Shown: one piece after another, positions 1 to 13,345 of the stretch
Position numbering within the stretch: position 1 is the first letter of the stretch
Layout: every line of letters starts with the position of its first letter
Origin: Selaginella moellendorffii
Lineage: Eukaryota > Plantae > Lycopodiophyta
Assembly: GCF_000143415.4 (NCBI RefSeq)
Contig: NW_003314291.1
Span: 1,406,517 to 1,470,516, forward strand
Direction: 5' to 3'
Length of the DNA: 64,000 bases
The notes under the pieces: generated by a model
Seen by the model: only the letters and a program-made list of their open reading frames with translations
What the model was told of the DNA's origin: nothing
Databases searched by the model: none
Position numbers and translations under genes: made by a program

Positions 1-1044
1 CACGAGATGACTGTTGTGTTCCACGAGCACGTTCAGTACCTTGAGGATCTGAAAGAGACAGCTAAGGTTGACACCTTTGATTGCATTTATAGCGGGATCA
101 GAGAATTTACTAGGTTTACAGACTCTCAGGAAGCTCCCGGTTGTCAATCCTCGCGACCCAATTCTATGCCTAGTCGGAGCTCCGAATGTTGGTAAATCCT
201 CTTTGGTGCGGGTGCTCTCTACGGGAAAGCCAGAGGTTGGAACTTCTTTTTCGGTTTTTGAGTATGTTTCGCTAACTGGGTATCGACCATGCAGGTTTGT
301 AACTATCCATTCACAACAAGAGCTATTTCCATGGGTCATATAATGGATTATGCTTTTTCTTACCAGGTAAGGTGTAAGAACGGCTTTTTATACAGTCCAA
401 GCGTCACCAACCTAATTTGTTCAGGTTACAGATACTCCAGGTCTGCTCAACAGGATTGATGGTGCGACTATAAAACTTGTCGTTTCATTTTCCTCTTCGC
501 TCTGTTGCTAACAGCATTGTATATAACCAGCGGACCGAAACGACATGGAGAAGTTGACTTTAGCGGCACTAGCTTATCTCCCAACGGCTGTTTTATACGT
601 GCACGACCTTACGGGAGAATGTGGTACTAGCGTGCAGGACCAGGTAAAAGCTGGAAATTTTAGTTCATGGCCGGTACTTTACACGATTGCGCAATGAACT
701 TGCAGTTTTATATCTATAAAGAAATTCGAGGAAGATTTCCAAGCCGGCCTTGGATCGACGTGGTGTCTAAGGCTGATCTCCTGGAAGTGCCAGCTCTTCG
801 TGATGGCGAAGAAGTGGATGAGATTGTCCGGTACAAAACTTGTGGACCACCTGGAGCGCTGTGGGTATCAGTGGAGACAAAGCACAACGTTTCCGAGGTA
901 ATGTTCTATATCGAAACGTTTATAAGCAAGAAAAGAAACTCACGGAGTTGGCGCTTATTGCAGCTGTCATCGAGGGTTTTGGAAATGCTGAGAAGTATCT
1001 CGGATCAAAGTAAAGAGAAAGCCGCTGTGGATGAGGAGTCATAA
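1..1044 (+). CDS. NOG1-family (OBG-type) GTPase, 3' part, multi-exon; plastid PDE318-like
   Basis: Spliced exons give G1 LVGAPNVGKSS, G2 NYPFTT, G3 DTPGLL, HDLTGECG and G4 VVSKADL; stop at 1042-1044; start lies upstream of the window. Confidence 0.9.
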
Positions 1045-1254
1045 CATTATCCACTGCTCGTTCTAGCAACCATTCAAGCAAAATGGAGCTAAAGCTGTGA
1101 GTTTTCGATTTACTCAACACGAAATGATTTAAGCCTTTTAAGAAACTACTATACAGGTGAGTTTTTATCCGCAAGACGTGCCTCGTATAAATACTATGGT
1201 CGGATAAGGCTTGGCTGGCTGCTCTTTCGCTGCTAACTGACAGAAGCTCCTCTC

Positions 1255-1781
1255 ATGGCGACATCAGCAGCACTCTCCATCTCCAGCGGCACTGTTGCGT
1301 CGAGCTCGTGTCACGTAGGCGCTTACAGCAGAGGTTCAGTGGTGGGGATAAGTAGCAACGGAGGCCGACGTCGAGGACCCAAAGTGGTGTGTGCCGTTGG
1401 TGAGCTCTCATCGAACAGCACAAGCTACTTGATCGCCGGGGCAATTGGGATTGCAGTAATAGGAACTGCATTTCCCATCTTCTTCTCCCGCAAGGATCTG
1501 TGAGTAACGATCTGTTTTTCTCGTTTTTCAATTCATCCATGGCTGACTGATGTCCCTTGAGTTTTTTTCAGGTGCCCCGAGTGCGATGGAGCGGGATTCG
1601 TGAGGAAGACTGGTTCCAAGCTGACCGCGAACGCTGCAAGGAAGGATAACACCCAAATCGTGTGTGCTCGTTGCAATGGACTCGGAAAGCTGGGTAAGAT
1701 TTATTTATTTTTTTAACAGCTTAGGCAGTAAAGTTTTTGAGGATTGGATTGTTTGCATGCACAGCTCAAGTCGACAAGTGA
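1255..1781 (+). CDS. FIP: Thylakoid DnaJ-like zinc-finger protein (FtsH5-interacting protein-like)
   Basis: Exons 1255-1499, 1572-1693, 1765-1781: Ser-rich transit peptide, one TM helix, CPECDGAGFVRK...ANAARKD...VCARCNGLGKL. Confidence 0.85.
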
Positions 1782-2323
1782 ATCAAAACGAGATTGTTGT
1801 TGTGATCTGTTTTCCTAGAGAATAGGGAGTGTTTTTAGTTTGTTGTTTGTCCGTTGGGTCGTTTCAGCGGCCTTGTGGAGCAAAACTGCCTTGTTTTGCT
1901 CTTCATTTCGACGTCATTCCTTGCGTGCTTTACAAAGGCTTGGATTCCTGGTTTCTTTCTTCTCCTCTTTCAGATACGTTATACGAAGCGAAGAAGACTT
2001 AGAAACGAGCATTGGATTTAGAATGTGAGTCGATGGATCATATCATAGCGCTTCAAGCTTGAACATGTTTCATGCTGAGTCGAGCGTTACGGCAGGTTCT
2101 TTGTCTTGCCATCCGGTTTCTAGCGAATATATGCAGTAAAGCAATCTTTGGCAATCCTTGCTAATTTAGTTTTTTTTCCTTAGAAACAGTATCAGATTCA
2201 CGTTTGAGAACTTAATGTAATATACAGTTCATGGGAATCCTTTGTATTCTAGTTCTAAAACTCAATATTAAACTCGCTTTCGAGCTTACACTTTCAACTT
2301 TATTTTATCACGAGGCATGTTTG

Positions 2324-4460
2324 TTAGTTGTTTGTCTGTTGCTCTGCAGTTCCATTCTCGAGCAAAACGGCTTTGCTGTGCTCGTCAGTGGCAGCTGCCT
2401 CGACATCATTGCTTGCGTGCTTGACAGGCTCTTCCATCTTTGGATCCCTCTTCGTTTTTTCCTTGGAGACGTCATACGATGCGTGGAGGCCGAAGAAGAC
2501 ATAGTAGAGGAGCATGAGTCCCGTCCACACCGCAAACCTCACGAACGAGGCCGTGTCCATGGATCCCAGCAGGAAAATGTTGGTAGCAATCGACAGCGAT
2601 GGCAGCCAAGGCACCAGCGGCACCCCCCACACCTTTGGCTTTCTGGAAGTCGGCACAAACACGGCCAGGCCAGCGGTAGCCAGGAACCAAACCGGAACAG
2701 CAACAACGTAGCCGATCCACCCGTCGCTCACGGCCCAGTAAATCGCGATGGCAATCGAGGAAGCGAGTATGACCGCCATGAACCCGACAAACTCGAGCGC
2801 ATGACGCGTGCTCGTCACCCCCTCGACGTAGTATCTCCGGACAAGCAGAGCCATCGCCACCATGCTGAAGATAAACAGCGTGCTGATGGACAAGAGGTTG
2901 GCCAGGATCCCGAGGCTGGAGAAGAACGCGACGATGGCACTGGCAGCAACCATGACGGCGGTGGCGTTCACTGGAGTGGAAGTTTTCCCGTTGACAACGG
3001 CGAACCACGGCGGGATCATGTGTGTCCGAGCAATGTGAGTCAAGTATCGGGCCTGTCCGACAGCACCAACGAGGAGAACGGTGGTCATTCCCTTGAGAGC
3101 TCCCAGCGCGACGATATACTGAGCCCAGTTCATGCCGTGGAGCTTGAAAGCCACCGAGAAAGGAGCGTCCTTGTCGATGAGAGCGTTTGGGGTCATGAGG
3201 CTGAGCGTCAGCGCCATCAAGCAGTAGATCACCGTGGCCATGGTCATGGAGGCGAGGAGGCCGAGTGGTATGTCCCGGCCGGGGTTCTTCGTCTCCTCGG
3301 CCATGGTGGAGACGGCGTCGAAGCCGAGGTAGGCAAAGAAGAGGACGGACGCAGCACTGAAGAGGCCCCGGACGCCGCCAGGCATGAAAGGGGTGTAGTT
3401 GGAAGTGTCGGCCTGCGTGAGTCCGGCGACGATGATGAAGGCGATGACGAGCATGTTGACGACGGAGGCGATCCAGTTGAGCGTGGAGGCATGACGAGTG
3501 CTGTAGCAGGCGATGGCTCCCGCGATACAGAGGACCACCACTGCGATTGGATCCAAATAGTTGTAGTCCTTGGCCAGAGATGGTGCGTAGATCCGGAAGT
3601 CTGAGCTGTCGTGGTTGAGGAGAGCTGCGAAGTATCCCGTCCAGGAGCGAGCCACGGCCGCGTTGCCGATAATGTACTCGAGGATGATGTTTCCTGCCGC
3701 GATGAAAGCCGCGAAGTCGCCCAGCTCCACTCGCAAGTACGCAAATGAGCCACCTTTCATCCAGAAACATATTAAAGCTTAATGGTAGTAAAACAGAGAA
3801 CTGAAAGTCATCAACCATAACGAAGAAAAAAAAAAATCGCTCATGGAGAAAGTCCACAAGGAAGCCGTTATCAATGATACAGACCAAAGTAGAAAACACC
3901 AGTCAGGAAAAACAGTGTCTCGTGATTATCCGTCGATTTAATTCTCACCGACCACTAGCAAACAAGCAAAGCAACAAAAAGAGATTCTCTACTCACCGGC
4001 AAGACTTCATCCACGAAGCTCAACCAAGCAAACACTATCAAGCCAAGCAACTCACAGAAACTCAAGAGCGAAGCAACTGAGATCAAGGAAAGGAAAGCGT
4101 ACCAGCGACAGGGATCTCCACAGCGAATTCCGTGTAGCAAAAGACGGAGAGCATGGCGGAGAGTCCAGCAACGGCGTACGAGAGAATGATCGCAGGCCCC
4201 GCGTGCTCCTTAGCTTCCTGTCCCGTCAGCACGAACACTCCAGCTCCAATCACCGCTCCAATCCCAAACCACATGAGATCCCACCAGTTGAGCGTCTTGA
4301 TCATCTCGTTCTTGCTCCGCGACTTAACTTCCAGCAGCTCTTCCTGATCGCTGGAGCGAGCTCGCAGCCTGTCCATGAATCGAGGCCGCGTTTCCGACAG
4401 GGCGTGGACATAGCTGCTCCAGCTCTGGAACGACTCCTCGGGAAGGAAATTGGACCCCAT
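2324..4460 (-). CDS. Cationic amino acid transporter (APC superfamily, CAT)
   Basis: Exons 4460-~4103 and 3753-2324; GIGAVIGAGVFV, EIPVAGGSFAY, GFDAVSTMAEE, WGVPLVPWLP; many TM helices. Confidence 0.93.
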
Positions 4461-4744
4461 GATCGATCTTCTTCACAGGAAAAAAAAAAAAAAAGAGGTG
4501 AAGAGTAACTGGATGAATTGATTTAAACCTTGCAGCAACCAAGCTAGACGACACCAGCGAGCAACATTGGAGAGACCACAAGGAAAGCACGACAAAAATT
4601 CAATCCTGACCGTCAGATCTCGATACACGCGCCGGTCTTGACGGCGCTCGAGTCTATTTGCTATTCCTCCCAAGATCCGGGAGCTCACGTTTAAATATGA
4701 GCATATTCTTCCAAAGCGCGGGCAGGACGTTCTCACCTTAGCTC

Positions 4745-7700
4745 TTAGCTCACTCCGTATTGGTCCTCGGCAATTACCACCAGTGCGTCTCCCGGTTTGA
4801 ATCTGAGTGGTATTTCTTTCGACTTGGGATTGATCACCTGGTTTAACACAAACAAGAGATCGAATCAGGAAACGAATGCACAAAAGAAAGAAATCATGCC
4901 TATTGTGCTGCCTATGCTAACAAGTAAAAGGCGTACCACTTTGTTCCCTCGCCGATATCCTATAGCTACCTCTTCACGCAAGACCGCACGCTCTGCAAGC
5001 TCGTTGAACGAGGGAGCTTCATTGGTGGTTGCGTAAAGGCCAATATCCTGAAACACAATGACTTCCAGGTTGAGTAGAGTCTTGAAAAAACAGAGAGGTG
5101 AATGAATACCTGGACATATATCTCATTTCCCCATGAGTTGAGGAGCTCCGTCCAGACCGCATTTAAATCCGCATTTTCCGACACTGGAGAAGGAAAAAGA
5201 AGCAAGAACTTTCAAGAGTTCGAGTCGAGCCAGAAGAGCTTGTGAGCACCTTGAGTAGTGACGAGCCCTGATAACTCGTGGGTACAGATGTAATTTAGAG
5301 ACGGGTGGCTTTGAACAACCTGAATAGGAAAGAGAATATAGTATCATAAAAGTCGGTGCAGCGAACCTGCTTTCCAAGCTTCTTGTCAACGAACTCGGCG
5401 ACCAAACTCGTCACCTGAAGCAAGCACATGGCCAAAACGAAACATTGCCAATGAATGGAGCCTACCTTGATTTTATACTCTCTGCATAGCGCTTCTGCGA
5501 GAAGAAGAGCAAACGCAGACTGTTTGTCTGCCTTTGGGGTGCCTGGTAAAGCAAAAACGCGTCAACCGACAATTTCCATCTTTCACACAACCACCATACC
5601 TCCGACGTGCCACTTGCCATCCGCAATGACGCAGATTGACAAAGGCGGGGTATCCTCATTTCCAAACTCCGGAGCAATGTTTGTAATAGCAAGTTTCAAG
5701 TCTGTTCGACTCATGGGACTTCCAATCTACTACAGAAATTCAAGAGTAATAGCAAGCATCCCGAAGACAAATGCCAGTACCTTGTGCGTCAACGTTATGT
5801 TCCGTAATGGCCTTGAAAATCTTCTGTCCATTACGAGTTGTCTTTCCTCCAAAGAGGCCTCAGCTAGTATAACCTGACATCAACACAGGGTTCGAAACGA
5901 AATCACAAATGAATGGCTATGCGTACCAATTCACTACCCGGACCAACATAATCATCGTACTCGAGAACCATATCACAAACATCTGGGCGCCACCCGAGAA
6001 TAACAATTCGTTCTTTTCTAGCAAGGACTTTCTCGGCCGCCTGCAATGAGACTTCATGCTGTAAATTGATGCTCGAAACGAGAAATGCTACTTATTACCT
6101 TTGGTTGTGGCTTTGGTACGTGTTCGGTCGAAATCTGACATTTCTGTCCACCTCTACAGTCGCATAGGATTTTGTCAATTGTGTTAAGGGTCTTGCGATA
6201 TCTTTCAGCAATCTTCACAAGACTATGTGGAGCTTCCTTTTGAGTTCCTTTCGGTGCTATAACGAGGAACTACAGCATGTCGAAAATTATGAGCAACATT
6301 AGAGAATACGAAAGCTTCCTGTACCTTGTCGCTGCTTCGGACGACAAGATCCTCATGGGGATGGAAATCAAGCTTTCCTTCTCGAAGGATTCCGCAAATT
6401 ATAGCCTGCTTGTTCCCAATTAAATCACCAGTATTAGGAAAACTTTAGAATTACCTCTGGAAAGCCTCGTCGGACTTGTTGGTAGTGCAAACCTGATAGT
6501 CCCGGATATTTGTACAGGTTTATGACATGCTCTGCCCAGAGAGATTTTCTTCTTCAGAAATATTCCAAAAGCTTTAAGCATTCAAATTCTGTTACTTGTG
6601 AGGGTTTTATGTTTAGAAATTACTCCCATAGCTAAGCACTTGTCTGTATACGTCCCGTAGCCCTGGTTGCCGTGAACATTGTACAAATAGCTTTGCTGAA
6701 AGATTTTGAACGGTTTGCACTCTCGTTCCCGACAATGACATTAAAAGATTAGCGGAGCTCGCTTTTGAGACCTGCACAAAACGGAAAATCTTGTACGCAT
6801 TGTAAACTGAAAGTTATTTACTCTCTGTTACCTCTGCAATTACATTTCCTTTAAATCCTTGAAGTAAAGGCCGAAGAGCCAACACCGAAAGAACAACCTC
6901 TGCATCCGCCTCGTATCTGCACATAAAACGTACCTGAAGTCATCAATATCTCTTGTTGTCTAAAACTTACGTGTCATCCTTGTTGGAAAGAAAACACACG
7001 GTGCGAGCTTTATCTGCACCCACTCGAAGGAAGGACAGCGTGGAGCTCAGACTTCCACTGAACGCATACAAGTTAGGCGCAAGTCGTAAGAAAGGAACCA
7101 ACCATACCTTCGTGTTAAAATATTAAGATGAGGTTGGTCTTTTACACTCATCACAAGCTGATCAGTGTAGGCTCGTGGACGCTCAGAGAGAAGCAACACT
7201 GTCTGCTTTCTGCGCATAAACAAAGAAATTACAGAAACACACGTTTCGCTTCTATCATACCTTGATCTCGCTGCTCCAGAACGCCAGTAGTGTGCTTGAC
7301 GTTTGTTAATTTGTTTGAGAACGGTCACGAGATGGTTGTTCGCACCACAAATTACAATATGCCCATCTTCGTACACTTGAGAATGAGCACCTTCCCTCAG
7401 CCGATCCATATGACTCTGCAAATCACGCATTCAAACACTCAAATCATTTTAAAACAGTAGTTGTTGCAACGAACTTTGAACTGAGCATTTATCGTGCCCA
7501 TGAGAAGTGTATAAACTAATATTCCGCACATTGCCAGCATCAAACCGATTGCTCTCTCAGCACGAGTTGTCTCCTGCAGCGAAATGGTCAGCAAGAGAAT
7601 CTACGGTAAGTTTCTCGGATTTGCTCACTTTGAGGTGCATACTAGATGCACAAACACAAGCCCAAGCATCCCAAAACGAATCTTCAAGTTTTTGGTTAAA

Positions 7701-8618
7701 AGTCCTGCCAGCACGGGAATGAAACACGCGAACATTAGAAAACAAAACACGAGTACCTGTTCTTATTAAAAATAATCCCTCCGATCAAAGTCAGAGCCAC
7801 GCATCCCATAGCAAGCAGGCACATGTATCTGCGAATGCACTCGTCAATATAAGAGAAGAAAAATACAAGATTGCCGGAGAATTAAAGATTTGAAACTTAC
7901 AATGCTTGCAGTTGAATGGTATAGTGCTTACGACATGGGATGCCTTTCGAGCATGACATCTAGCATGTAAGAGATGCGTGATCTGCTCCAATCCACCTTA
8001 GCAAAATTAGCTCTTGAAAGGAAGTCTGGTGCCGCAACTCCCACTGGCTTAGATGCGTGTAAGCCTTTTAGAAACGCTAGAGCAGCCGTTAACAACTCAA
8101 AGTCTCGCAAAGCACCCGACAGATGCTTCCACGAGAAACGCATAGTCATTTCAATCACCACTGCCTACAACACACACATTGAGAAAGGAAACAAAATGCT
8201 AGCCAAAGTACCTCAAACAATGCACACTGCACAAACTGCGTCACTGGGAGGTCTGTGTTCTTCCGTCTCTTTTGGAAAAACCAGCTTGAGTTGGGCAAGA
8301 GAGAAGCTCTTGCTGGCTGGCGCGTTAGCTGCTTCTTTCCGCACAAAAAAATCGCCTTTTGCAGCCTTCTCTCTGGATTTCAAACAGCTGGAGCTCAGCG
8401 CATCACGCTCATTACTACTACTTACTTGTCACAGCTGAAAGCTTCACTCGGCAATCCCCGCTGCTGCTGCTGGCAATCGAATCGCACGATCGATCACAAT
8501 GCGGCGACACAAGAGAATCGACAATGCGAGTGGATTACCTGAGCGACGACGCGCATGGACAGCAGCGGCATTCCACACGGGCGGCGGCGCCGGCAGAAAT
8601 GCCGGCCGATGCCGTCAT
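4745..8618 (-). CDS. CASTOR/POLLUX-like ion channel (plastid envelope PEC type), many exons; start codon uncertain
   Basis: Exons encode LEDSFWDAWAC, LREGAHSQVYEDGHIVICGAN, KQTVLLLSERPR, VWTELLNSWGNEIYV, REEVAIGY and C-terminal VINPKSKEIPL...LVVIAE; probable transit peptide from the ATG at 8618. Confidence 0.85.
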
Positions 8619-8639
8619 CGCCGCGCCAAGGAGCCCTAA

Positions 8640-8720
8640 ACGACGAAACCCTCACAACGCCATGAAAGCCCCATGGAATATACACTTTCAAAGAACCCTA
8701 AACTCTGGCTAGGGTTTGCG
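8640..8720. promoter_or_regulatory. Short bidirectional promoter with telo-box-like motifs
   Basis: AAACCCT (~8646), AACCCTAA (~8694) and CTAGGGTTT (~8709) lie between divergent ATGs at ~8618 (-) and 8725 (+). Confidence 0.55.
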
Positions 8721-8724
8721 GGAG

Positions 8725-10612
8725 ATGGACGATGATGGAGGCCTCAATTTCGATTTCGAGGGAGGATTGGATGCTGTCACGGCGGCGAGCGGCCAAGCGC
8801 CGCCTCCGCAGGCCATGGGCGGCCTTGGAGGCGGCGCCGCGCAGGGGCAGGGGATGTCGATGGCGCCGCGCGGTCCGGTCAGGCGTAGCTTCAGGCAGAC
8901 GGTGTGCCGGCACTGGCTGAGGGGATTGTGCATGAAAGGGAACGATTGCGGCTTCCTCCACCAGTATGACAAGTCGAGAATGCCGCTGTGCCGATTTTTT
9001 GCGAGGTTTGGGGAGTGTAGAGAGCCGGATTGTATCTACAAGCACAGCACCGAGGACATCAAAGAATGCAACATGTAAGTAAGCTCTCATTTCTTTTCCT
9101 TTGTAGCTCCCAGGTGTTTAGTTTTCATGTCGCTATAGCTTAGAAGAAGTTCTTCCCAGTCCATTGTTTTGTTTTCATGTCGCTATAGCTTAGAAGAAGT
9201 TCTTCCCAGAGCAAGTTTTTGTCGTTCATGTTTGTATCTTAATTGGTTTTGTTTGCCTTGTTTGTCCACAGGTACAAGCTTGGATTCTGTCCCAATGGAC
9301 CAGAGTGTCGGTATCGACACGAGAAGCTGCCCGGGCCGCCACCTCCAGTGGAGCAACACTTGTCAAAGTTCCGGTATCAACCCCATCAAAAGCAGCAGCA
9401 GCAACACATGAATTCGGACACGCCCCCTCTTCGTCCTCCGATGATGCAGCAACAAGGAGGCTACGATCATCAAAATGGAGGACCCAATGGAGGGAAGCCT
9501 CGAAAGATGATGTCGGCCTCGAACCCACTCCCGTATGGCTTCTCGAGGTAACTTTAACAAAAACGTAAAGAAAAACCAAGCTGCTGTGATACTGAGAGTT
9601 TGCAGCTCAAAGCAGGTATTTCATAGTTAAGAGTAGCAATCGAGAGAACCTTGAGCTGTCCGTTCGACGCGGGGTGTGGGCTACGCATAGAAATAACGAG
9701 GCAAAGCTCAACGAAGCTCTTGAATCTTGTGAACATGTGATTCTTATTTTCTCAGTTAATGAAACTCGTCATTTTCAAGTAAGTTCTTTGTCGACTTTTT
9801 TTCCATCTCTTTTTCATGATCCATTCGTCTCTTTGAGAAATCAACACAAGCTTTGTTGTGTGTTCCTTCTCCGGCTTTGCTGCTCACAGGGATGTGCCAG
9901 GATGATGTCCAAAGCCGGAGGTGCTGCTCATGGAACTGCGGGATGGAAGCAATCGCACGGGATGGGCAGCTATGGTCGAAACTTTCGTCTCAAGTGGCTC
10001 AAGGTGAGTTCTTTTCTCTTTTCTTTCTTCTTTCCTCGACTGACTGGCTTTGTTTTTGTTTTAGTTGTGCGAGCTATCCTTCCACAAGACGAGACACTTG
10101 CACAATCCATACAACGAGAATCTCCCAGTCAAGGTTTACGTTCATGCTTTCAGCTATTTGTGAAACTCTTTCTCCTTGAACAGATAAGTCGAGACTGCCA
10201 AGAGGTCGAACCATCTGTCGGACAAGAGCTTGCGGAGCTCCTCTATCTGGAACTTGACAGCAATCTCATGGTTTGCAAATTCTTTTCTAGGCGGACTTCG
10301 TTTTGATCTTCTTTCTCTCCACAGGCTGTTGCGAACGAGTCTGAGGCCGAGCGCGAAGAAGCTCCTCCCGACGCTGAAGAACACCACGAGACGCTGGAGA
10401 TGGGACGTTTTGGAGCGCTGCCACCACCGTTTCCAGCCGCTTTCATGGGATATGGACGACCACCGATGTTTCTACCACCACTTCCACCAGCACCGCTGCT
10501 CCAGCAAATGTGGAGGCCGAGCGAGAAAGAGGCGAGTGGTGAACTGAGCGAAGACGAGGCTCCTGGAAGGTCCGAAGATGAAAACCGCAAGAGGAAGCGC
10601 ATAGACAATTGA
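8725..10612 (+). CDS. CPSF30: CPSF30-L: three CCCH zinc fingers plus YTH m6A-reader domain
   Basis: GGLNFDFEGGLD, RSFRQTVCRHWLRGLCMKG, CNMYKLGFCPNGP, then YFIVKSSNRENLELSV..GVWAT, GRNFRLKWLK, KISRDCQE. Confidence 0.95.
9121..9209 (+). repeat. Exact 39-bp direct duplication (period 50) in CPSF30 intron 1
   Basis: GTTTTCATGTCGCTATAGCTTAGAAGAAGTTCTTCCCAG at 9121-9159 and 9171-9209. Confidence 0.95.
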
Positions 10613-10700
10613 GTGATCTCACCGATAGTTTTAGCGACCAAGTCGACTTAACACCATTTTGTCAACAAAATCTTTTCTTTTTTCTTTCCTTGCGATAGCT

Positions 10701-13345
10701 ATGGCTCCGTTGTTGCTGAATGCGCCAGTGGGCCATTCGTGTTCGTCCCGATGCTCCACCATAACCCATTGCTCGGTTTTGCCAGCACCACCAATCTCCT
10801 CGGGTAAAGGTTTCTTTTTTCCTTTGTTCTTCCCTTGCGAAGAAAAGAGTATGATAGATTTGGAGGCTCGCATCTCTGTAGCAGCTAGCACTGGAAGGCT
10901 CGACTTGAGCGATTGTGGTAAGAATGCAAGTTCCAAGCAAGCTGATTTTGTATAGAGTTTTTCTTCCCTCTCAGGTCTCGAAGAAATACCAGCGCAGGTC
11001 TTTGGTCTCTCGGAGCTTGTCGATCTTTCGGTCGCAGGCAACCGCATTACCAATCTTCCCGAGGAGATTTACAAGCTCAAAAACGTAAGTTGATCGGAAG
11101 TTGCGGTCTCACAGTCCATAGCATTTTCACTAAAGTATGTTCTTCCAGCTTCAAAGACTGGGACTTGCCGGAAATTCTCTGCGTACTTTGCCAGAAAGTA
11201 TAGGCACCTTGACGCACTTGCAAGGACTATGGGTCCATGGGAATCTTCTTCACGCTCTTCCTCCACAAGTATGCTTTCAGCATGGTTGGAATAATCATAG
11301 AACTTCCTTGTGGTTTACAGATAGGCAAACTCGAGCAGCTCCGGTTTCTAGCACTCGCCGGTAATCAGCTGGCTATTCTTCCAGAAACGCTTTCCGGTCT
11401 TAAGAACCTCGAGGTAGGCTTTTGATTCGATGAACAAACCAATGTTGAAGCAACTTCTTTATTGATTTTGCAAGGTTCTTTCGGTGGCTGGCAACAATCT
11501 CATCGAGCTACCTTCTGGTACCATTTGGAATGCAATAAGAGAAAAGTTTCAAAACTTGTAAACAGGTATTGGATCTTTGTGCGCGTTGCGTATTTTGGCA
11601 GTATTTGGCAACCTCCTTTTCCATCTTCCCTCAAGCATTGGAAGCCTTCCATCGTTGCAAGAGCTGTGGTTACAAGTAAGGTCTCTAATCCTGTGCTATA
11701 CTCGTTGACATCTTCGTTCTCTTTCTTTTATCCTTGTCCAGACGATGCAAAAGATAAAGCTTCGTGCTGAAATAGCATATCATGCTGCAGGGGAACAGCT
11801 TGGAAAGCTTGCCATCGACTTTAGACGGGCTGGTATCTTTGAAACAGCTCTGCATTGCGGACAACCAGCTTAAATCCTTGCCCAGCTCTATAGGATATCT
11901 ACAAGCTTTGGAGTCTTTATCACTGTAAGCAGCCATCCATCTTCTATTCCAATACTTTTCTCTTATTGCCTAGCTGTGAAGGTATGGAAACAATCTTCAT
12001 CACCTTCCTCCAGCGCTCCAGGATTTGAAATCTCTTCGCAATCTCTGGCTAGAGGTTTGGTTTTCAAGGCATATATTTGTTTTCACCAAGAGTTTTATTG
12101 TTTCCCTTTCTCAGGGAAATCCTTTTCAGGCTGAATCCTTGTGTCACCTGCCAGATGGTATGAAGGCGTTTGGTGTGAGCTCAAATGTGGTAAGAACAGC
12201 ATCTAGACCCGCCACCAATCTTAAAGTCTCACATGTTTGTGGAGTTGTAGAAATTGCCAGATCAAATCTCTTCCAAGCTCCTAGAAGTTTTAAGCGTATC
12301 AGATGTTGCTGGAACCGGAGACGCTGTGTCTGACGGTGGCTACTTCAAGGTAGATGGCTACAAAAATATTTTTCTCGCTTTACAATAAGTTGCTACATCA
12401 GCTTCACAGATACAATGCGAGAAATCCAAATTGGAAGGAAGCGACTGTTCTAGTTGTAGCATTTGGAAGCGCTCCGGGTGTTCCCAACTGGTAAAACGCG
12501 TCAGTCTTGGCTTGTTCTTTACAGATGATTAGTTCTCATTCCTTACACGTTCCTTTTGTTTTTCCTTTCTCAAGGGGAGGATTGCTGAGCAGAGTCAAAA
12601 AAGAAATGGAAGCCAGTGGAGTGACTCCAGCTTTCGACATATTATATGTTGTTGATAGCTGGCGATCTTGGTACACTCAAAACAAGGAACAAGTCGTGGA
12701 GCTGACCAGCATTGTTAACTCGCGGCAGGAGCACCAACTTGGAAGCTATTACAAGCGAGAACTGGAAGCTGCAGTGGAAAGCTACAAGCGAGTCGTCATG
12801 CTGGGAGATTCTATGGGAGCAACAGCAGCATTGCGCTTCTCACGGCTGGCTACTTCAGTTCTGGCCTTTTGCCCCCAGGTAATAAGAAAAAACTGTACTA
12901 GTTTTCATTCCTTTTCTTCTCTGTGTTTTTCGTTTCCCAATCTTTCTCGCATTGATGATGGCTGTCACTTCCTTGCAGGTGGATCTGGAGTCATCCTCCA
13001 TCAGACCAGGGAAAGATGCATCGTGGCTGGAGCAGTACAAGCAAACGCTGCTCGACGCCGTCCGTGAGTCAAACGCGGATATCTCCGTCCACTGTGGAAG
13101 CTGGTCACACGATTGCGCTCAAGCAAGGATTCTACCCGGCACCAAGGTCATGGTAGCTTCCACTCTGATCAATCTCACAACTTACAACATTAAAAAAATG
13201 CTTTTTTGTGGTCTTTTTTTTTTATTTGCAGGTGACTGTCAAAGTTCACAGCGTGAACACGCACCGTCTCGCTAAAGAATTGGATTCACGAGGCTCTCTT
13301 GTGCCACTGATCCGGAGCGAGATCGAGAAAGAAATGTCATACTAA
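10701..13345 (+). CDS. Leucine-rich-repeat protein with C-terminal alpha/beta-hydrolase-like domain, multi-exon
   Basis: Run of LxxLxLxGNxLxxLP repeats (10.9-12.1 kb), then LVVAFGSAPGVPNWGG, VVMLGDSMGATAAL (GxSxG), VLAFCPQVDL and NTHRLA; stop at 13343-13345. Confidence 0.8.

Noticed and set aside
2231-3899. Long ORFs (457 aa +, 475 aa -) overlapping the transporter
   Set aside because: Shadow frames of a GC-rich coding exon, with no motifs
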